Part shown: in pieces, positions 11,770 to 25,133 of the stretch
Position numbering within the stretch: position 1 is the stretch's first letter
Layout of the letters: the number at the start of each line of letters is the position of its first letter
NCBI GenBank assembly: GCA_013239625.1
Contig: MU053557.1
Coordinates: forward strand, 4,556,123 to 4,620,122
From: Lama guanicoe
Lineage: Eukaryota
Direction of reading: 5' to 3'
Length of the DNA stretch: 64,000 bases
Program-made: the position numbers and the translations under genes
Notes under the pieces: model-generated
What the model saw: only the letters and a program-made list of their open reading frames with translations
The model's database searches: none
What the model was told of the DNA's origin: nothing

Positions 11770-13029
11770 GAAGGATACAAGTATGCACAAAAAATGGGCC
11801 CCACCAGACCAAACTCTTTACCATTTTGGATAAGGAGCAGGGAAGGGGTATGCAGTTGACACAGTATGGCTGAATTTCATAAAATCACCCATGACATCTC
11901 CTAAAAGAGACGGAGAAAATACTATTGAATGCCAACGAGGTTAGACAGAGGCCAGACTGATCCAATAACCAAGCTCAAGGATCACTAATTACTTACTGTT
12001 TCCCTAATGCCAGGAGCCAAGGTCAGTGACGAGTGGTCTAAAGAGTGAGGAGCTGTGGGTCGAGGGAAGGCAGGGTCCAGGCGGCCTGCCTTGCAGGCTG
12101 CTTGGAGGCTAGACTTGAGGTCAGTCTCACAAGCACTGTAAGGAGAGAGGTGGCCTGGTCAAGTTCATATTCTGGGAGGAGCACTGGGGTGACAATGTGA
12201 AGGACAACCTAGGGGTCCGTCTCACTGGAGTGATCTGGGGCATCCGATGCACGCATCAGCTCAGCCCCAGGTGACAGGGTCTCAGCCATGTCTCTGAAGT
12301 CTGGCTTCAGTCTCCATGCTGACTCATCTTGACTCCCAGTGGCTGGATGTTCCCTGTGGCGCCGGCATTCATCATACATTACTTCGTTTAAATCTCGTAA
12401 CAGCCTCATCATACCAGCATTGTCATCTCTATTTTGTAAGTGAGGAAACTACCGCAGAGGGGTGTATAACTTGCCCAAGGCCCCACCATTTATGAATGTC
12501 AGATTTAAGGCTTGAGCAGGTCTAGTTGATTCCACAGCCCAAGAACTTCACTTTCATGATATTCAGGCTCTCTCTATGCCTACAATGAGGAAGGATTCGG
12601 TGATCTGATACTGAGGCTTCTGGAGCTAGCTGACCGCTTCTGGAGGGTCTGCGATAGGGGTCTGGTGTGGGGAAAGAGAGTGCAGGGCAGAGCATCTCTC
12701 TGATCACAAAGCCACCGTGGAGGATATTTTTCTGCATAGATCTGCTTAGAGTATCCACTTCCATAACATATCTCATGTCTTTTCCCTCACCAAAGCAGTG
12801 TTTTAAGTATGAATTAGAATGTTTTCTTGGGCCTAACATTAAAGGGTAAGGGTTTCTTTAGAAAGCAGCCACTCAAAACTTTGGGAGGTATGTGAGAATC
12901 AGTGAAGAGAAACCAAGGTCTAACTTGCACATGATGACAAATGCTCAGACTTAACATTTCTCCTTGACTTGCCTGCGCACCATTCCTAGACAGGCACATC
13001 AGCAGAGGTCAGAAATTGTAAATGATCAA

Positions 13030-15130
13030 GACCAACCAGTGGAAGGATCCCTAGGCCATCTGTCAGAGAGGACACCCCAAGGCAGTTGGTTGAGACATAC
13101 ATTTTGGCAAATCTGAAATAAATGGTTCATTCTCAATAAAGTCAGTGCTTTTCTTGGGATGCAAGAAACCAGTGCTTCTCTGCTTATGGGTAGCTCAGAT
13201 GAATTAGCAAGAACAAAGAGCTTTCCAAACAGAGAGAACAGCAAGTGCAAAGGCCCTGGGGCTGGAACTTACCTGGCATGTTTTAAAAGAAAAGCATGTA
13301 TAGTTGGAATCTAGTGAGTCAGGGCAGGATATAGATGTGAGGTCGGAGAAAACAGCAGGAGGCCAGATTGTGTAGGACCTTGAAGGCCATTTAAGACTTC
13401 AGCTTTTAGTCCAAGTGAGAGAGGAGTCAATGGAAGACACTAAATAGAGCAGTCACATGACTGACTTGTGAGGGCAGACCTAGAAAACAAATGCAGACCA
13501 TATGAGAGATCAGAACAACAGGTCCCTTATTCAATCGCATTATTCCGTGAACAAATATTTACAGAGCATCTGCAACATCCAGGCATTGATCTAAGTTGTA
13601 AGGATACAGCAGTGAACACAACAGACAAAAGACTCTCCCTTGTGTAGCTTACATTCTAGTGAGGGAAGAAAGACAAGAAACAGAATATATAAGTACCTTA
13701 TGCAGTGTGTTAGATAGCAGAAAGTGTTATGCAAAAAAAAGAATGGAACTGCCAGAGTAGAGGGGCTGCAGTTTTCAAAAGGGTGGAGAGAGAAATTGTC
13801 ACTGAGAAGGTGACAAATGAGTGACATGAGGAGAGGGCAGGGGGATCATCGGCATCCTGCAGGAGCCCCTGCCAGGAAAAGGGAAGTGCCAGTGCAAAGG
13901 CCCTGAGGCAGAAGTGTGCCCAGCTAGAAAAGGAGCAGGAGAGGGTATAACTTGAGCAGAGTAAGAATAGGGCAGGAAGCAGAGGGCACCCTCAAAGGAG
14001 TAATTAAAAGAGTTTAAAGAAAGAACTATTCACCAAAATGTGGGCAGGGTTAAAGTGAACCAGCAAGGCTGGTGAGGCACCCTAGGGCTGGGAAGACTAA
14101 AAAGTCGTTAGCATCCCTAAGGCTGAAGGGACAAGAGGAGAGAGTGGCTGTCAGAACATAGCAAGAAATGGCTGCAGGCCAGAGCTGACAACAGGAGCTG
14201 TATCATTAATAGAGGAACACAGCCACAGGCTGGCCAAGGCCATGTATGCACAGGGGCCAGAGGAATAAATGCTCCATCCTCTCACCTCCTGTCTTCCATT
14301 GACTGAGCACAACTGGAAGCCAAAGGATGAGAGAGCTGAGCTGAGGACGCCTGTGAAGGCCAGCATCCAGCAGAACAAGGGAGAGAAAGGTGAAGAGGGG
14401 TCCAAAGGATAACTAAAGACCGTCCAGTGCGGGGGGAGAGGGATCAGCGTCCCAAGGATGCCGAGCTTGCTAGACCAGTGTGGGGGCGTGGCTGTCACGC
14501 TGAGTGAAATGGCAGCCACTGCAGCGGTTTGAGCAGAAGAATGATGATGTGATTTATGATCTGAAAGAATTGTAGGAGCAGGAGGCGACTGCAGTAATCC
14601 AAGTAAGAGGAAGTGTGTCTTGGGCCAGGGTGGGGGCAGCGGAGGCAGTGAGATGTGGCGAGATTCTGACTTACTTTGAGGTGGAGGCAGAACTGTCTGC
14701 AGATGAAACACAGGGTGTGAGAGAAGGAGGAGTGAGGGGGGTTCCCCATGTTTGGGCCTGAGCACCTGCAAGGAGCATGGTAGCCATGACTGGAGAGGAG
14801 ACATCCGGAGGTTGGGGCAAGCTTGGCTGATTGGTTGGGTTGACGTGTTGAGTATGAGAAGTCTATTCTCCATCCACTGGAGGACGTGGAACAGGCTGTA
14901 GGATACCCAAGTCTAGAGTTCAAGGGAAAGGCCTCTACTGGAAACTTAGACTTGGGGCTCATGGGGATATAGACACATACTGGAGATATGAGGAGGAAGT
15001 TAGCATGTACCAACGGGAAAAGCAAAGAAAGCTGCATGGAGGAGGTGGCGTGTGACTGTGGCCCTTGAAGGATGAAATTTTGACAGGCACACATAGGTGG
15101 GAAGAAAAAAGCCATAGCAAAGGTGCTAGG
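13030..15130 (+). mobile_element. L2 fragments with a nested MLT1-like LTR piece (~13985-14390); the same composite recurs at ~42540-43860
   Basis: L2 motifs (gtgcaaaggccctgagg, ttcaatc..aacaaatatttac). Shared diagnostic string ggaactgccagagtaga..gctgcagttttca..gtcactgagaaggtgacaa at ~13745 and ~42768. Confidence 0.65.
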
Positions 15131-15390
15131 ATTGACAGTGGGGACAAGTTCAGGAAACAGTACTTCGGTTCAGATGAGCCCGAGGACGGATGATGGAGAG
15201 AGCAGAGATGGAGGCCTGTGAGTTTCTGGTTCAGTCATCAGTGACCTATTTATTCAGTGAACATTACTGGTTGCCTACTTTAAGCACTGTGTTAGTTGTG
15301 GACATTAAGAAGAAGAAGAAGAAATGCTGACGGAGCTCTTATTACATGCTTATGTGAAAATTCCACATCTAATCTTCACCCCCTACTTAA

Positions 15391-16683
15391 AGATCAGGAC
15401 ACCAAGAGTCTGGTGACTCGCCCCAGCTCACCCGGCTGACAGGACACAGCAGAGTCAGGACTGGAGCCCGGGAAGGGACTGCAGGGCCCTGGTCCACACC
15501 ACTCTGCCGGGGGGCCCAGCCGTGTCTGTGTGGTATAGTTGGGCGCCCTTGGAGGTGCAGACAGGTCACTGCGCCAGGGGTGAGGAGTTACCCACACTTT
15601 CCTCTTGCCAAGGGTCAGCCGAGGAACTGGCCCAGCAGCTCTGGGGAGGAGGTGGGGCTGCTGACCAGGGCAGAGGTCATCACACTGCCGGCTTTGACCT
15701 CACCAGGGGCTGCCGACTTCTCTTTCTAAAACATCAGTTTCCTGTTTCTTGGCTCCCACAGCCAACCTTAGGTCAAGGGCAGGCAACTGACGCCTCACCC
15801 TGAAAGGTTAGCAGTCAAAGTGTCTTTATAGTAATGGGTCCACTCCCCAGCCCATGTTAAAGATAAAGAAACTGAGGCCCATAAAGACTGAGTCATGTGT
15901 TCAACACTTACAGACAGTTTTGTGGCAAAGCCTATATGAGAACTCAGACCTCAGGACTCTCAGCTCATCATTCTTCCACGAACCATGCTAAACTAATCAG
16001 TTCATGTTTTAAAAGTAGGGTCCCCAGTGAGCAGGCTGGGACAGGAGGGTGTGTGTGTGTGTGTGTGCACGCATGCACCAAGTACAGGATACAAGCCGAG
16101 GTCTGACACTCCCCACCACTCCCGGGGAAAGGAATTTCTCCTCAGTCCAACTTACCTTTAAGAAAAGTTCAGGTTTTATGCATCTGACCCAGTGAATGGG
16201 ACAGGAAGGAGGTGCCCTTCCATCCAGCGAGGCCACCTCGGGTGTCTTTTCTGGAGACACTCGCACCCGGGCACCAACAGGCCGTGCAAGCAGCATGGCT
16301 GGAAATAGTGAGAAATGGAAGGGACATCAATGCCCATCAATGTGAAAACAGTCAAATACTGATGGTGCATTTAGTCAGCAGTGAAAAAGAATGAAGCAGG
16401 TCTAGATGGAGAGTCAAGGAAAGATTTCCAAGCCATATTATGATGCAAAAACTGAAGAAACTTGCACACAGTGATAGCGTGTGGCCCCACTTATGTACAG
16501 AAGCACACTATATATGTGACTTTGAACATACAGGAAGGAGACCACATCAGCCTGATGATGGTGATTTGTTCATTCACTCCACAGGTGCACATCCAGGGCC
16601 CTCCCCATGCCCCTGGCCCTTGGCTGGATGAGGGGTCAGCAGAGCCCAGAGCAGACAACACCCCTGCCTCCTGTAGCCAGGTG
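15391..16683 (+). repeat. High-identity tract 2, copy A (pairs with 45058-46353); ~85% to 15727, then ~96%
   Basis: Read directly. Duplicated ORFs MFNTYRQF.., MMQKLKKLAH.. appear in both copies. Confidence 0.97.
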
Positions 16684-18684
16684 GAGGGAGGGGGTGAAGG
16701 GAAAGGAACATGATGTCTTTTTCTCGTATACACTTCTGTGTTATAGCAACTTTTCCAGCCACAGTGTTTCATGGTGTTGCCATAATAAATACAAAAAGAT
16801 AGGAACAAAGAGAAGGTGGAAGAAGAGAAGGGAGGAGAGGTGCCTAGATAAGAACAGTGTGTCAGGAGTGGTCGTGGAGGGTCACTTTCGAGCTGACATA
16901 CTCTGGACCTGACTTGAGAGATGGTCTTTGTACCGAGCATCACAGAAGGACCAATTGGAGACTGCCAGGCACAATGTCCACAGCATCTTAGCAGGAAGGA
17001 GGCACATTCCAGGAATAGCAAATCCCGTTACTCCCTACAGTTTCTTGATAGCCTTCAGACAGTGCTGCCTGTAGCTGGTTACAGCCCCTAGAGGAGGAAA
17101 ATTTTAAGCCGAGGATCATCTTCTGGGTCTGATGCTGTGAAAACAGCTGCACAGTCTTCTGGGATTGTGGTCTTGCAGACGTGGCTTTACACCCTCTGCC
17201 CCTGATCTAGTGCCTCCATCTGACCAGCAACCTATTTAGAGGGTCCTCACTGGTGCTGGGATCCAGAGGGTGCAGAGGAAGCCTCTTCTCTTCTTGAAGG
17301 TGCCACACCTCTGCTCAGTCTACCCGAGAGAAGATGGCACGATTGGCTACATGGATTACACTGAGGGACACGTCCTTCCCTACCAGAGCACCTCCCAGTC
17401 TTTGGGCTTGTCCTCTTCTCTCTGCAGAGGAATTGGCAAGACAGCCTTACTGGCCAGAAGGGTAACAAACAGATCTTACCGCCACTCTGATCAACTTACC
17501 TCCCTGGTCAACTTAGGCACTAGATTTGTGGGCAGACAACCTGAATTCAAATCCAGGCTCTGCCATTCTCCAGCTGTATGCTCTTTAGCCCATTTCTTCC
17601 TTTATAAATAACAGTAACAATAATAATTAAGTGGAGGTAACAAAGCAGTTCTACCTCACAAAGGGGCTGTGAGTGTATAACAAGGTGTTTATGGGTGTTT
17701 TCCACTTGTGCAAATCGTGCAAGTGTGCGTGTGCATAGGCACGCACACAGGTCACTGTTCCACTAGTCTTAGGCATGCTCGCCTCGCGTCTGGAGCGGTT
17801 AGGACTCTGAGGAGGAAGAGGCATCCTACATGAGCAGGATGTGCCCGTCAGCTGTGACAGAGACAAAACCTTGGTTCCAAGTAAAACCAGATCTGCCTGT
17901 CCTCAGAGATAATCGGAGAGATTCCTTTCTGTTACCTCGGGCAAAGGCATCCAGCCGAGGCACCCTAGCTGCATGTCTGTCCTTTCTCCTCAATTGGCTA
18001 ATATTTTCAGCAGACAGGAATTTTACAAGGTGTTTACTTAAGAAAGAAAATCTCATACTGAACTATTTTCATCATGATATTTGGCTTTGTGATCTAAGGA
18101 AATGTGTATCTCTCTCTCTCTCTCTGTCCTGGTGTTTTGTAGATAAATTTTGTTGGGCGACCTTGGGCACGTCAGCCATTTCCCCTTCAGTGCTTTCCCC
18201 TCTTCCTTAGGTGATGTAGCTTTGAGTCCCCACACCATTCAGGTCTTGCTCCTGTGAACACTGTCCAAGCTGCTCTGGAAGTGGGGACCCAGATTTCCAT
18301 CCTGTTGTCCAGCACAGCTTCGTCTTCTGCGTTCAGCTCCGAGGCGCTGTCCCTCCTTTGTTTCACTTACTGTACTTCCGTTAATAGATCCCAAGCTTAC
18401 ATCAGGAGACCACTCACATTCTATCCACTGGTAGAGATTTACCAGAATTCAGATGCTTAGATCCTGCCCAACCATGGTGTATCATTATCTCTGGTAGCAG
18501 GGTGATTGGAGGTCTTCTTTTAGACACATTCCAGGTGATTCTAATGTGCATCCAGACTTTGGCAAATAATCCCCGAGAGGTTTCTTTTGCGGGGATGAAG
18601 GGCAGTCAGGTGTAGCAAGGATGTGAATGCCCATTTCTGCTTTCTTATCTTGTGATCCACACCAAAGTTAATTAAAAGCCTTCA

Positions 18685-18699
18685 CCACAAGAGGGCAGC
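18685..18699 (+). promoter_or_regulatory. CTCF-like motif CCACAAGAGGGCAGC (copy A)
   Basis: Matches the CTCF core; paralogous to 46934-46948 (shared flank tgatccacaccaaa). Confidence 0.6.
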
Positions 18700-19291
18700 A
18701 CATGCAGGGAGTTTGGACTCAATGCAAAGAGTCTGAAAGAGTTCCTTTTATTCTTCAAGATCCACAAAGAATCAAATAAGACTTACAATTGTGCAGGAGT
18801 TCCCCGTTGACAAATCCCTCCATCTCATTACATCCTCACACCACATCCGTGACATAGCGGTTGGACCTGACGTTTTTGTAAGTGATGAAAAGGTTGTCTG
18901 AGAGAAATCAGGTGACTTCTCCAAGGTCTTATTGCTAGTAATTGGCAGAGCTGGATTTTCCCAAACATTCCAGCCAGCAACAGCACATACAGCAGCTTTC
19001 ACCACTTAAGACATCCAGGAAGACATGAACCAGACATACACACAGTGCCCAACCCTCAAGTCCTGCCTCAGTCAACATCTATCTAACAATAAAGATCAGA
19101 ATGATTTCAGCCTACGCAGAACCACACATGTGCAGGGGTCACACAAACAATCAGAACAGTTTTATCATACATGCATTTAACTTGAAGGGTTTCAGCATTA
19201 CATGAGCAGCCAGGGAAAGTAGGAAAGAAAAACCATTTAAATAGGGTAGCCAGGGCTTCTCAAACGTTAACAATGGATGTAAAATCTCTGA

Positions 19292-19789
19292 TGTAGTAGG
19301 CAGAACAGTGGTCCCCAAAGATGCCCTAACCCCCAGAACCTGAGAATATGTTACCTGTCCAGGCTGAAGAGACTTTGTTGATAAGGAATTTGAGACGGGG
19401 AGACTGTTTGGATTATCCAGATGTAATCACAAGGGTCCTTATAAGAGGGAGGTAGGAGGGTCAGAGTCAGAAGAAGATGTAAAGACAGAACTAGAAGCAG
19501 AGGTCAGAGTCAGAGGAAGTGGTCCGAAGATGATACTATGATGCTGGTTTTAGATGGAAGAAGAGGCCATGAGCCGAGGATCGTGGGAAGCCTCTAAAAG
19601 CTGGAGAAAGCGAAGCATGGATTCTCCCCTAGAACTTCCAAAAGGAATACAGCCCTGTCAACACCTTGATTTTATTTATCCCAGTAAAACCCACTTCAGA
19701 CTTCTGATGTCTAGAATTTTAAGATAAGAAATTTGTGTGGTTTCAAGCCATTAGGTTTGTAATTACAACAGCCTCAGGTAACAAATACA
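19292..19789 (+). mobile_element. MLT1 (MaLR) solo LTR, MLT1C/D-like
   Basis: tgtagtaggcagaa..ccccagaacctgagaatatgttacc..acaccttgatttt..ggtaacaaataca, with TG...CA ends. Confidence 0.85.
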
Positions 19790-22711
19790 CCTGGGCACTG
19801 GTGAAGTGCAGGTCCTCACCCCGGGCCCAGGCAGGGCGGGGAGCTCTAGCAGGGGCTCTGTGTGGTGCCGGTGCGCTGGCCCTTGGACCGCACTTTGAAT
19901 AGCAAGCCGTCGGCAACTCCCCTGCAACCATTCCTCCAGTGACTGGAGGCCTCCACTTAGCAAGGAAGGGAAGCAGTCTTGGAGACAGCGTTCTTCTGAG
20001 GTGGGCCAGCAGGACAATGTGATGAGTGAAAGCATGGAGAATATGAAGGAAAGAGATGGGTGGCTGGTGTAGGTCGTAGGTAAGGCCACAATATAAACAG
20101 GGAGAAGGGCGGCAAAGGGGTATATGGGGGCAGAGTGATAAGAAGCTGATTAGAGAGGAATAAGAGAATTGCTGGTCATAGTGAGTGCTGGCCTGGGCTG
20201 GCTGTTAGGAGTTTGCAGGGGCCCAGTCATGGGAGCGGATGTCTTTCTTCCAGCAGCCTTGAAACAGAGCAGGGACAGCAGACAGTTCCCAGCTGGCAAA
20301 GCAGGCGTGGCAGGGAGACACTGGGGCAAGAGACTCAGGGGCTGGTGAGAGAGTCACAAAAATGGGTGACAGAGTCAGGCTGGATGTGGAGGCAAGGCAG
20401 GTGGAAAGGGATATGAGAACAGGGACGGACTGTGACAGGAGGTCTTAAGAATAATGTCCAGCAGATTCAGGAGGATACAGGGAGAGAGAGAGCGGAAAGG
20501 TGGAGGGTGCAGAGGTGAGTTTCAGATGTCGTATTTATAAAGGTGGAGGGTGAGAAGGAGCCCCTGCTGAGGGGGAGGGGTGAGACAAGCACCATCCTGC
20601 AGGAAAGTCAGGCATTCTGCTTAAAATGGCGTCATTGCCATAGTAACACATGCATAGAAAAGTTCAAACTGCATACGGCTATAAAGTGCAAGTCCCCTTT
20701 CAAACCAGCTCACCCCCAACCAAAGTTTAGTCCCTTCTCTGGAGGCAACTACTGGCAATTTGGAGTGTCCTTCCAGACCTCTGGCTCTGCATTCCAGACA
20801 CTTGTATAGATGATCCCATTTCGGGGAGAAAGATTGTGCACACATACGTTATATACACATGGGGTGTGTGTGTGTGCGTGTGTGTATGTGTGTGTATTCC
20901 TGATAGGATCATATGTATTATCCCATGTATTAATTTGCTCACTGCTTCACTCTTGGCACTGGAATCACCTGACATTGTGAGAGTGACAACTCTGACTTGG
21001 CCTGTTTCACCTGGCTTATCGCTGGACCCCTCAAGCAGGAATGATGGGAGTTCTCTGTGGAGCAGAGAGCCTTAGTGAGGGCAGCCCACGAAGGGTGAGG
21101 TGACAGCCATGGGTGAAGTTGGCCCAGAGGTAAAGGTAGAGAAAGTGTGTCCTGATGGTTTTTCCATGTGGTTTTCCAAAGTCTAGGAATATTTTCCTTT
21201 TGGGGGTGGGAGATGTTCCTCACCCTTCCTGGAATCAAAACAAACTTCTAAACAAAGAGATCCTTTGATTCCATTCCTTTGACAGGAATTACCCAAGATA
21301 CAAGTCTTCTGACAGCTTTCTCAACTGAGCCCCATGGAGAATCCCAGCCCAGTGGCCCTCTCAGTGGCCACCAATCGATGTGGACATCCTCATGGGTGTA
21401 GCATCTTATATCTGTTGACCCCTTCATGTCCTTATAATTGTGCAGGGGAGAGAAGACTGTTTTCTCATTTGAAGTTATTTGAGGTTTTTAGATGGTCCAG
21501 GTTTCAACAGCCTAATTCATCACAGCCATCTGGGCAGGGTGAAAAGTACCCTAGACAAAGAGGTGTGGGGCCCACATTCAAGTCTGGAGCTGCCCTGCCC
21601 CAGTATGAGGCTGAGAGGCTGAGCTGCTATCCAAGGGTGGGGCTCCTCAGCTATAAAATGTACCCCCTGCCTTGTTAGTTTTATGGACTGATTGGGAGGA
21701 GAAAATCAGAAAGATCCCCGAAGCATTTTTTGTTAATTGTGAGTTGCTGGGAAGCACTGGGTGTGCTTCATTAAGCCAAGGTCACCCAACTGGGGAAAAT
21801 GGTCCCAGAGAAGGAAGTTAATCTCAGCCTGGAATAGAGAGAGAGGACTCAAGACCATGTTGCCTTCCTATATGAATTTATGCTGCTGTGAAAGCACTTT
21901 CATTCAGGGCCACACAAGCCTGTGAAATAAAGAGGCAGGGCTAGAGCTTACTGCAATTGCAAGAGAAGGGCTGGAGACCGAGAAGGGAAGCAACCAGAAG
22001 CCTGCTCCTCTTTGCCTGGTCCCTGTCTGAGTATTTCTCCCCAAGGGGATGGACACAGCCATACAGACTAGTTTTATTTAACAACATTGTGATTGGCTCA
22101 GAGGAAAGACCACACCCGGAAATCTGCTTGGCAGCAGAGCTCACCATACATTCCCAGGCAGGAAAATGCAACCGGGCAGGAATGTACTGAGGAAGGTCTA
22201 AAAGATTGGCACGAGGAGAGAGGTGCTGGATCGGTGCAAGTGAACGATGATACTGAGAGTTAACATTGAAGGACATATGGATGCACTATACTATGTATTT
22301 TAATGAGTTTCCTCATTTAGTACATCACAACCACCCAGTCAGGTAAGTACTGTCATTATCTCCATCTATAGGTGAAGAATCTGAGACCCTGGGAGGCTGA
22401 GTAAATTTCCAAAGGTCATCCATCTGGCAAGTGATGAAGCCAGGAGTCAGAACCTGGCAGGCTGAGTCCAGCACCGGGCTCTTGACCAGGGAACCATGGA
22501 GTTTCCCTAATTTGTGCTTTGGCAAAGAATAATGCAATATACTTTTATAGAGCCCTGGAGCATGGAGAGTGGAGAAAACACTGAAGATGAATTGAGGGAT
22601 TGATTCAACAAGTATTGATTAAGCACCAACTGTAGGGCAGGCATTCACTAACCTAGGTTGGGAAGGAAAAGTGAGTACAGTGAACAGGCACAATCTATTC
22701 TTTCATAAAAC

Positions 22712-23550
22712 TAACAGTCTCATGGGGAAGAGAGATGATAAACAACTGTAACAAATGAATCAGTGATAAGGGGTACGAAGGGGGAGGTAGGGACAGAAGT
22801 TAAGTCTTCTTAACCCCTAATGTCTCACCCACTTGTCCAGCCGCCACCTTCCACACTTGAGGAAGATGACGCAGACGGCACTGATCTGCTCAAGACCAGA
22901 CTACACCCATCTGTTTCCAAGCAGGATTAGAAGCTAACACTGTTTCCTGCAACGCCAATCCTTTCTTCACAGCCCCTCCCGATGACGTGTCTGTTTTCCT
23001 ATCATCGTCTAGCCGTTATACCCCAGTACCCAGGAAAGGGAAACAGCGCTCAGGCATCCCCTTGCTGGCCCCAGGACACAAAGGCCCCAGCCACTCCCCA
23101 GGACCCAGGGAGAAGCCTGGGCAGAACGTGGCCTGGATTACGCGCCGGCGCGTCCACCAGGTGGCAGCAGCGAGCGGCCGCGTTGCCCCCGCCCTGCCTC
23201 CCTGTGGTCCACACCCTCTTTGGGCTCCCGAGCTGCTGGGCTGCAACAGTCGGGGTGTGAGGCGGTGTGAGCGAGCAGGCGCTGCCAGCTTGGCTTCTGC
23301 CCGGCAGTCGAGTCCCAGGAGCAGGAGGGTCTGGGCGCCCGTATCCTCTCTGCCTCCTCCTCCCTCCTACTCTCACCTGCACCTGTTAGTCCGCACACCT
23401 TAAAGGCCAGTGGCTACAGCCAAGACGGGAGACGGGAGACCGGGCAGCAGGAGGGAGAGCACCTGAGGATACAGAGCTAGCGCTGCCCTTTCACCCCTCC
23501 AGGTGATGAGTGAGGTCAGAAGATCTGAAGATTTAAAGGAAACCGGGGCC
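22712..23550 (+). pseudogene. Decayed duplicate of the ABLIM3 5' end: promoter kept, exon 1 deleted, exon 2 truncated before the ATG
   Basis: 22712-22992 matches 56531-56812 with one indel. The rest is ~85-90% identical, lacks the counterpart of 57012-57248, keeps acceptor ccag|GTGATGAGTGAGG at 23502/23503 and stops at ~23550. Confidence 0.92.
23154..23168 (+). promoter_or_regulatory. CTCF motif CCACCAGGTGGCAGC in the pseudo-ABLIM3 promoter
   Basis: Canonical motif, identical to 56983-56997. Confidence 0.7.
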
Positions 23551-23600
23551 AGAGAGAGAGAAGGAAGGGAAGGAAGGAAGGAAGGAAGGACTGACGGAAG
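23551..23600. repeat. (AG)n/(GAAG)n microsatellite at the end of ABLIM3 homology
   Basis: Read directly. Confidence 0.9.
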
Positions 23601-23604
23601 GACA

Positions 23605-24420
23605 GACAAGGCATTCAAGTTAGAAAGGAAGAAGGAAAACGATTCTCAGGTGTCATAATCTTGTAAGTGGAAAATCATAAGGAATCCAATTTTTAGAAAA
23701 AGTATTAGAAGTAGTAAACAAGTTTAGCTAGTTTTCACGATATTAAGAACAATGTACAAAAATCAGTTATTTTCTGTGCACTAGCAACAAACAATCCAAA
23801 GATGAAATTAAGAAAACAATTCAATTTACCAAAGCATCAAAAATAATAAAATGCTTAGAAATATATTTAACAAAAGGAATGCAAAACTTACACTCTGGAA
23901 ACTACAAAAGATTGTTGAAAGAAATTAAAGATCTACATAAATGGAAAAACCTCATGTTCATGGATTTGGAAGACTTAATAGTGTTAAGATGGCAATGCCT
24001 CAATCAATCTGCAGATTCGATACAGTCCCTGTCAAAATCCCAGCAGCTTCATCTTTTTTTAGAAATTGACAAGCTGATACTAAAATTCATGTGGATGTTT
24101 TAGGGACCCAGAATAGCCAAAACAATCTTGAAAATGAAGGATAAAGTTGGAGAACTCACACTTCTCAGTTTCAAAAGTTATTATTAAAGCAATGGAAATC
24201 AAGACAGTGTGGTACTATCTAAGGATAAATCACTGTAATAGAATTGAGAGTCTAGAAATAAACCTGTGTGTCTGTGGTCAGTTAACTTTCCACTAGGATA
24301 TCAAATCAATGGAGAAAAGAATACTCTTTGAACAAGTGGTGCTGGGACAACTGTGTAGCCACATGCAAGAGAATGAAGCTGGATCCTTACCTCACATCAT
24401 GTAAATAAGTTAACTCACAG
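23605..24420 (+). mobile_element. Old L1 ORF2 (RT region) fragment at the junction of the two duplicated units
   Basis: ORF 23879-24103 (NYKRLLKEIKDLHKWK..EIDKLILKFMW) is L1 ORF2-like. Confidence 0.88.
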
Positions 24421-25003
24421 TGATGGAAACTTAGCCTTGCTTTTGACCAAGGAGAGCCTGATTTATTTTGGCATTGAGGCAGCTACTGGCCTTCTGAAGA
24501 AAGTGTCAGGCTTTGGCCCTTAAAAGGACTGGGAAGAAAGAGCCCCCACTTTCCCTGCTGTCTCACCTTTGACATAGTTGTAACATCCCAGGACTGGCTC
24601 TGAGAATCCTCTGTAAGTGTTAGAGTGTCAAATGTACTGAGATTGTGCTGTGAGCTGAGAAACTGTATGGTGAGCTGAGGTGCTGACCAGCCTTCCTAGG
24701 TGAGTTCAAATAATCACAGCCTCTGTTACTGAGAGACCCCTGACCTACTGTCAATCATATCATATCCTCAAGTCTCAGGAGCGTTAAGAGGTTGGGTGCA
24801 CCTGGCTTAATATTCTCCCTACTTCCACTGAAGCCTTGGATGTTTTATACCAATTGTACCAATCAACTATTATCTAAGTCATCAGCTCAGTTGTGACCAT
24901 AGCTCCAAATTCATGGTAGCATTGGAACAACCCTACTTACAGTTAAAAAGACCTTATTGATCTTGAGAGTTTTGGACCCTCAGAAGATACTAGGAACTTA
25001 TAG

Positions 25004-25133
25004 TCAGCTAGTAGGCAGATGTTGTATCAACATAGCAACCTGCAGGGAAGCTGGCACATCTGACTTCCTGTCACTTCCCTGGATCCAAAGAGAACATCTC
25101 ACCTTGTCGCTGAAGAAAGTAGAGTTCTTGCAC
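25004..25133 (-). pseudogene. Decayed SH3TC2 internal exon (exon 9 equivalent)
   Basis: Translates CKNSTFFSDKVRCSLWIQGSDRKS/frameshift/CASFPAGCYVDTTSAY*L versus recalled human [44 protein letters not shown]. Acceptor AG is mutated to AT; there is a frameshift and an in-frame TAG. Confidence 0.88.

Noticed and set aside
10870..11859. Duplicated ORFs (MGPEGWAAPP.., MAHSTHSRIE..) as a new gene family
   Set aside because: They are alternative frames over the promoter; their similarity reflects DNA-level identity with 37.1-37.8 kb.
14151..15115. 240-aa and 206-aa minus-strand ORFs
   Set aside because: They overlap L2/MLT1 remnants and resemble no protein I recognise.
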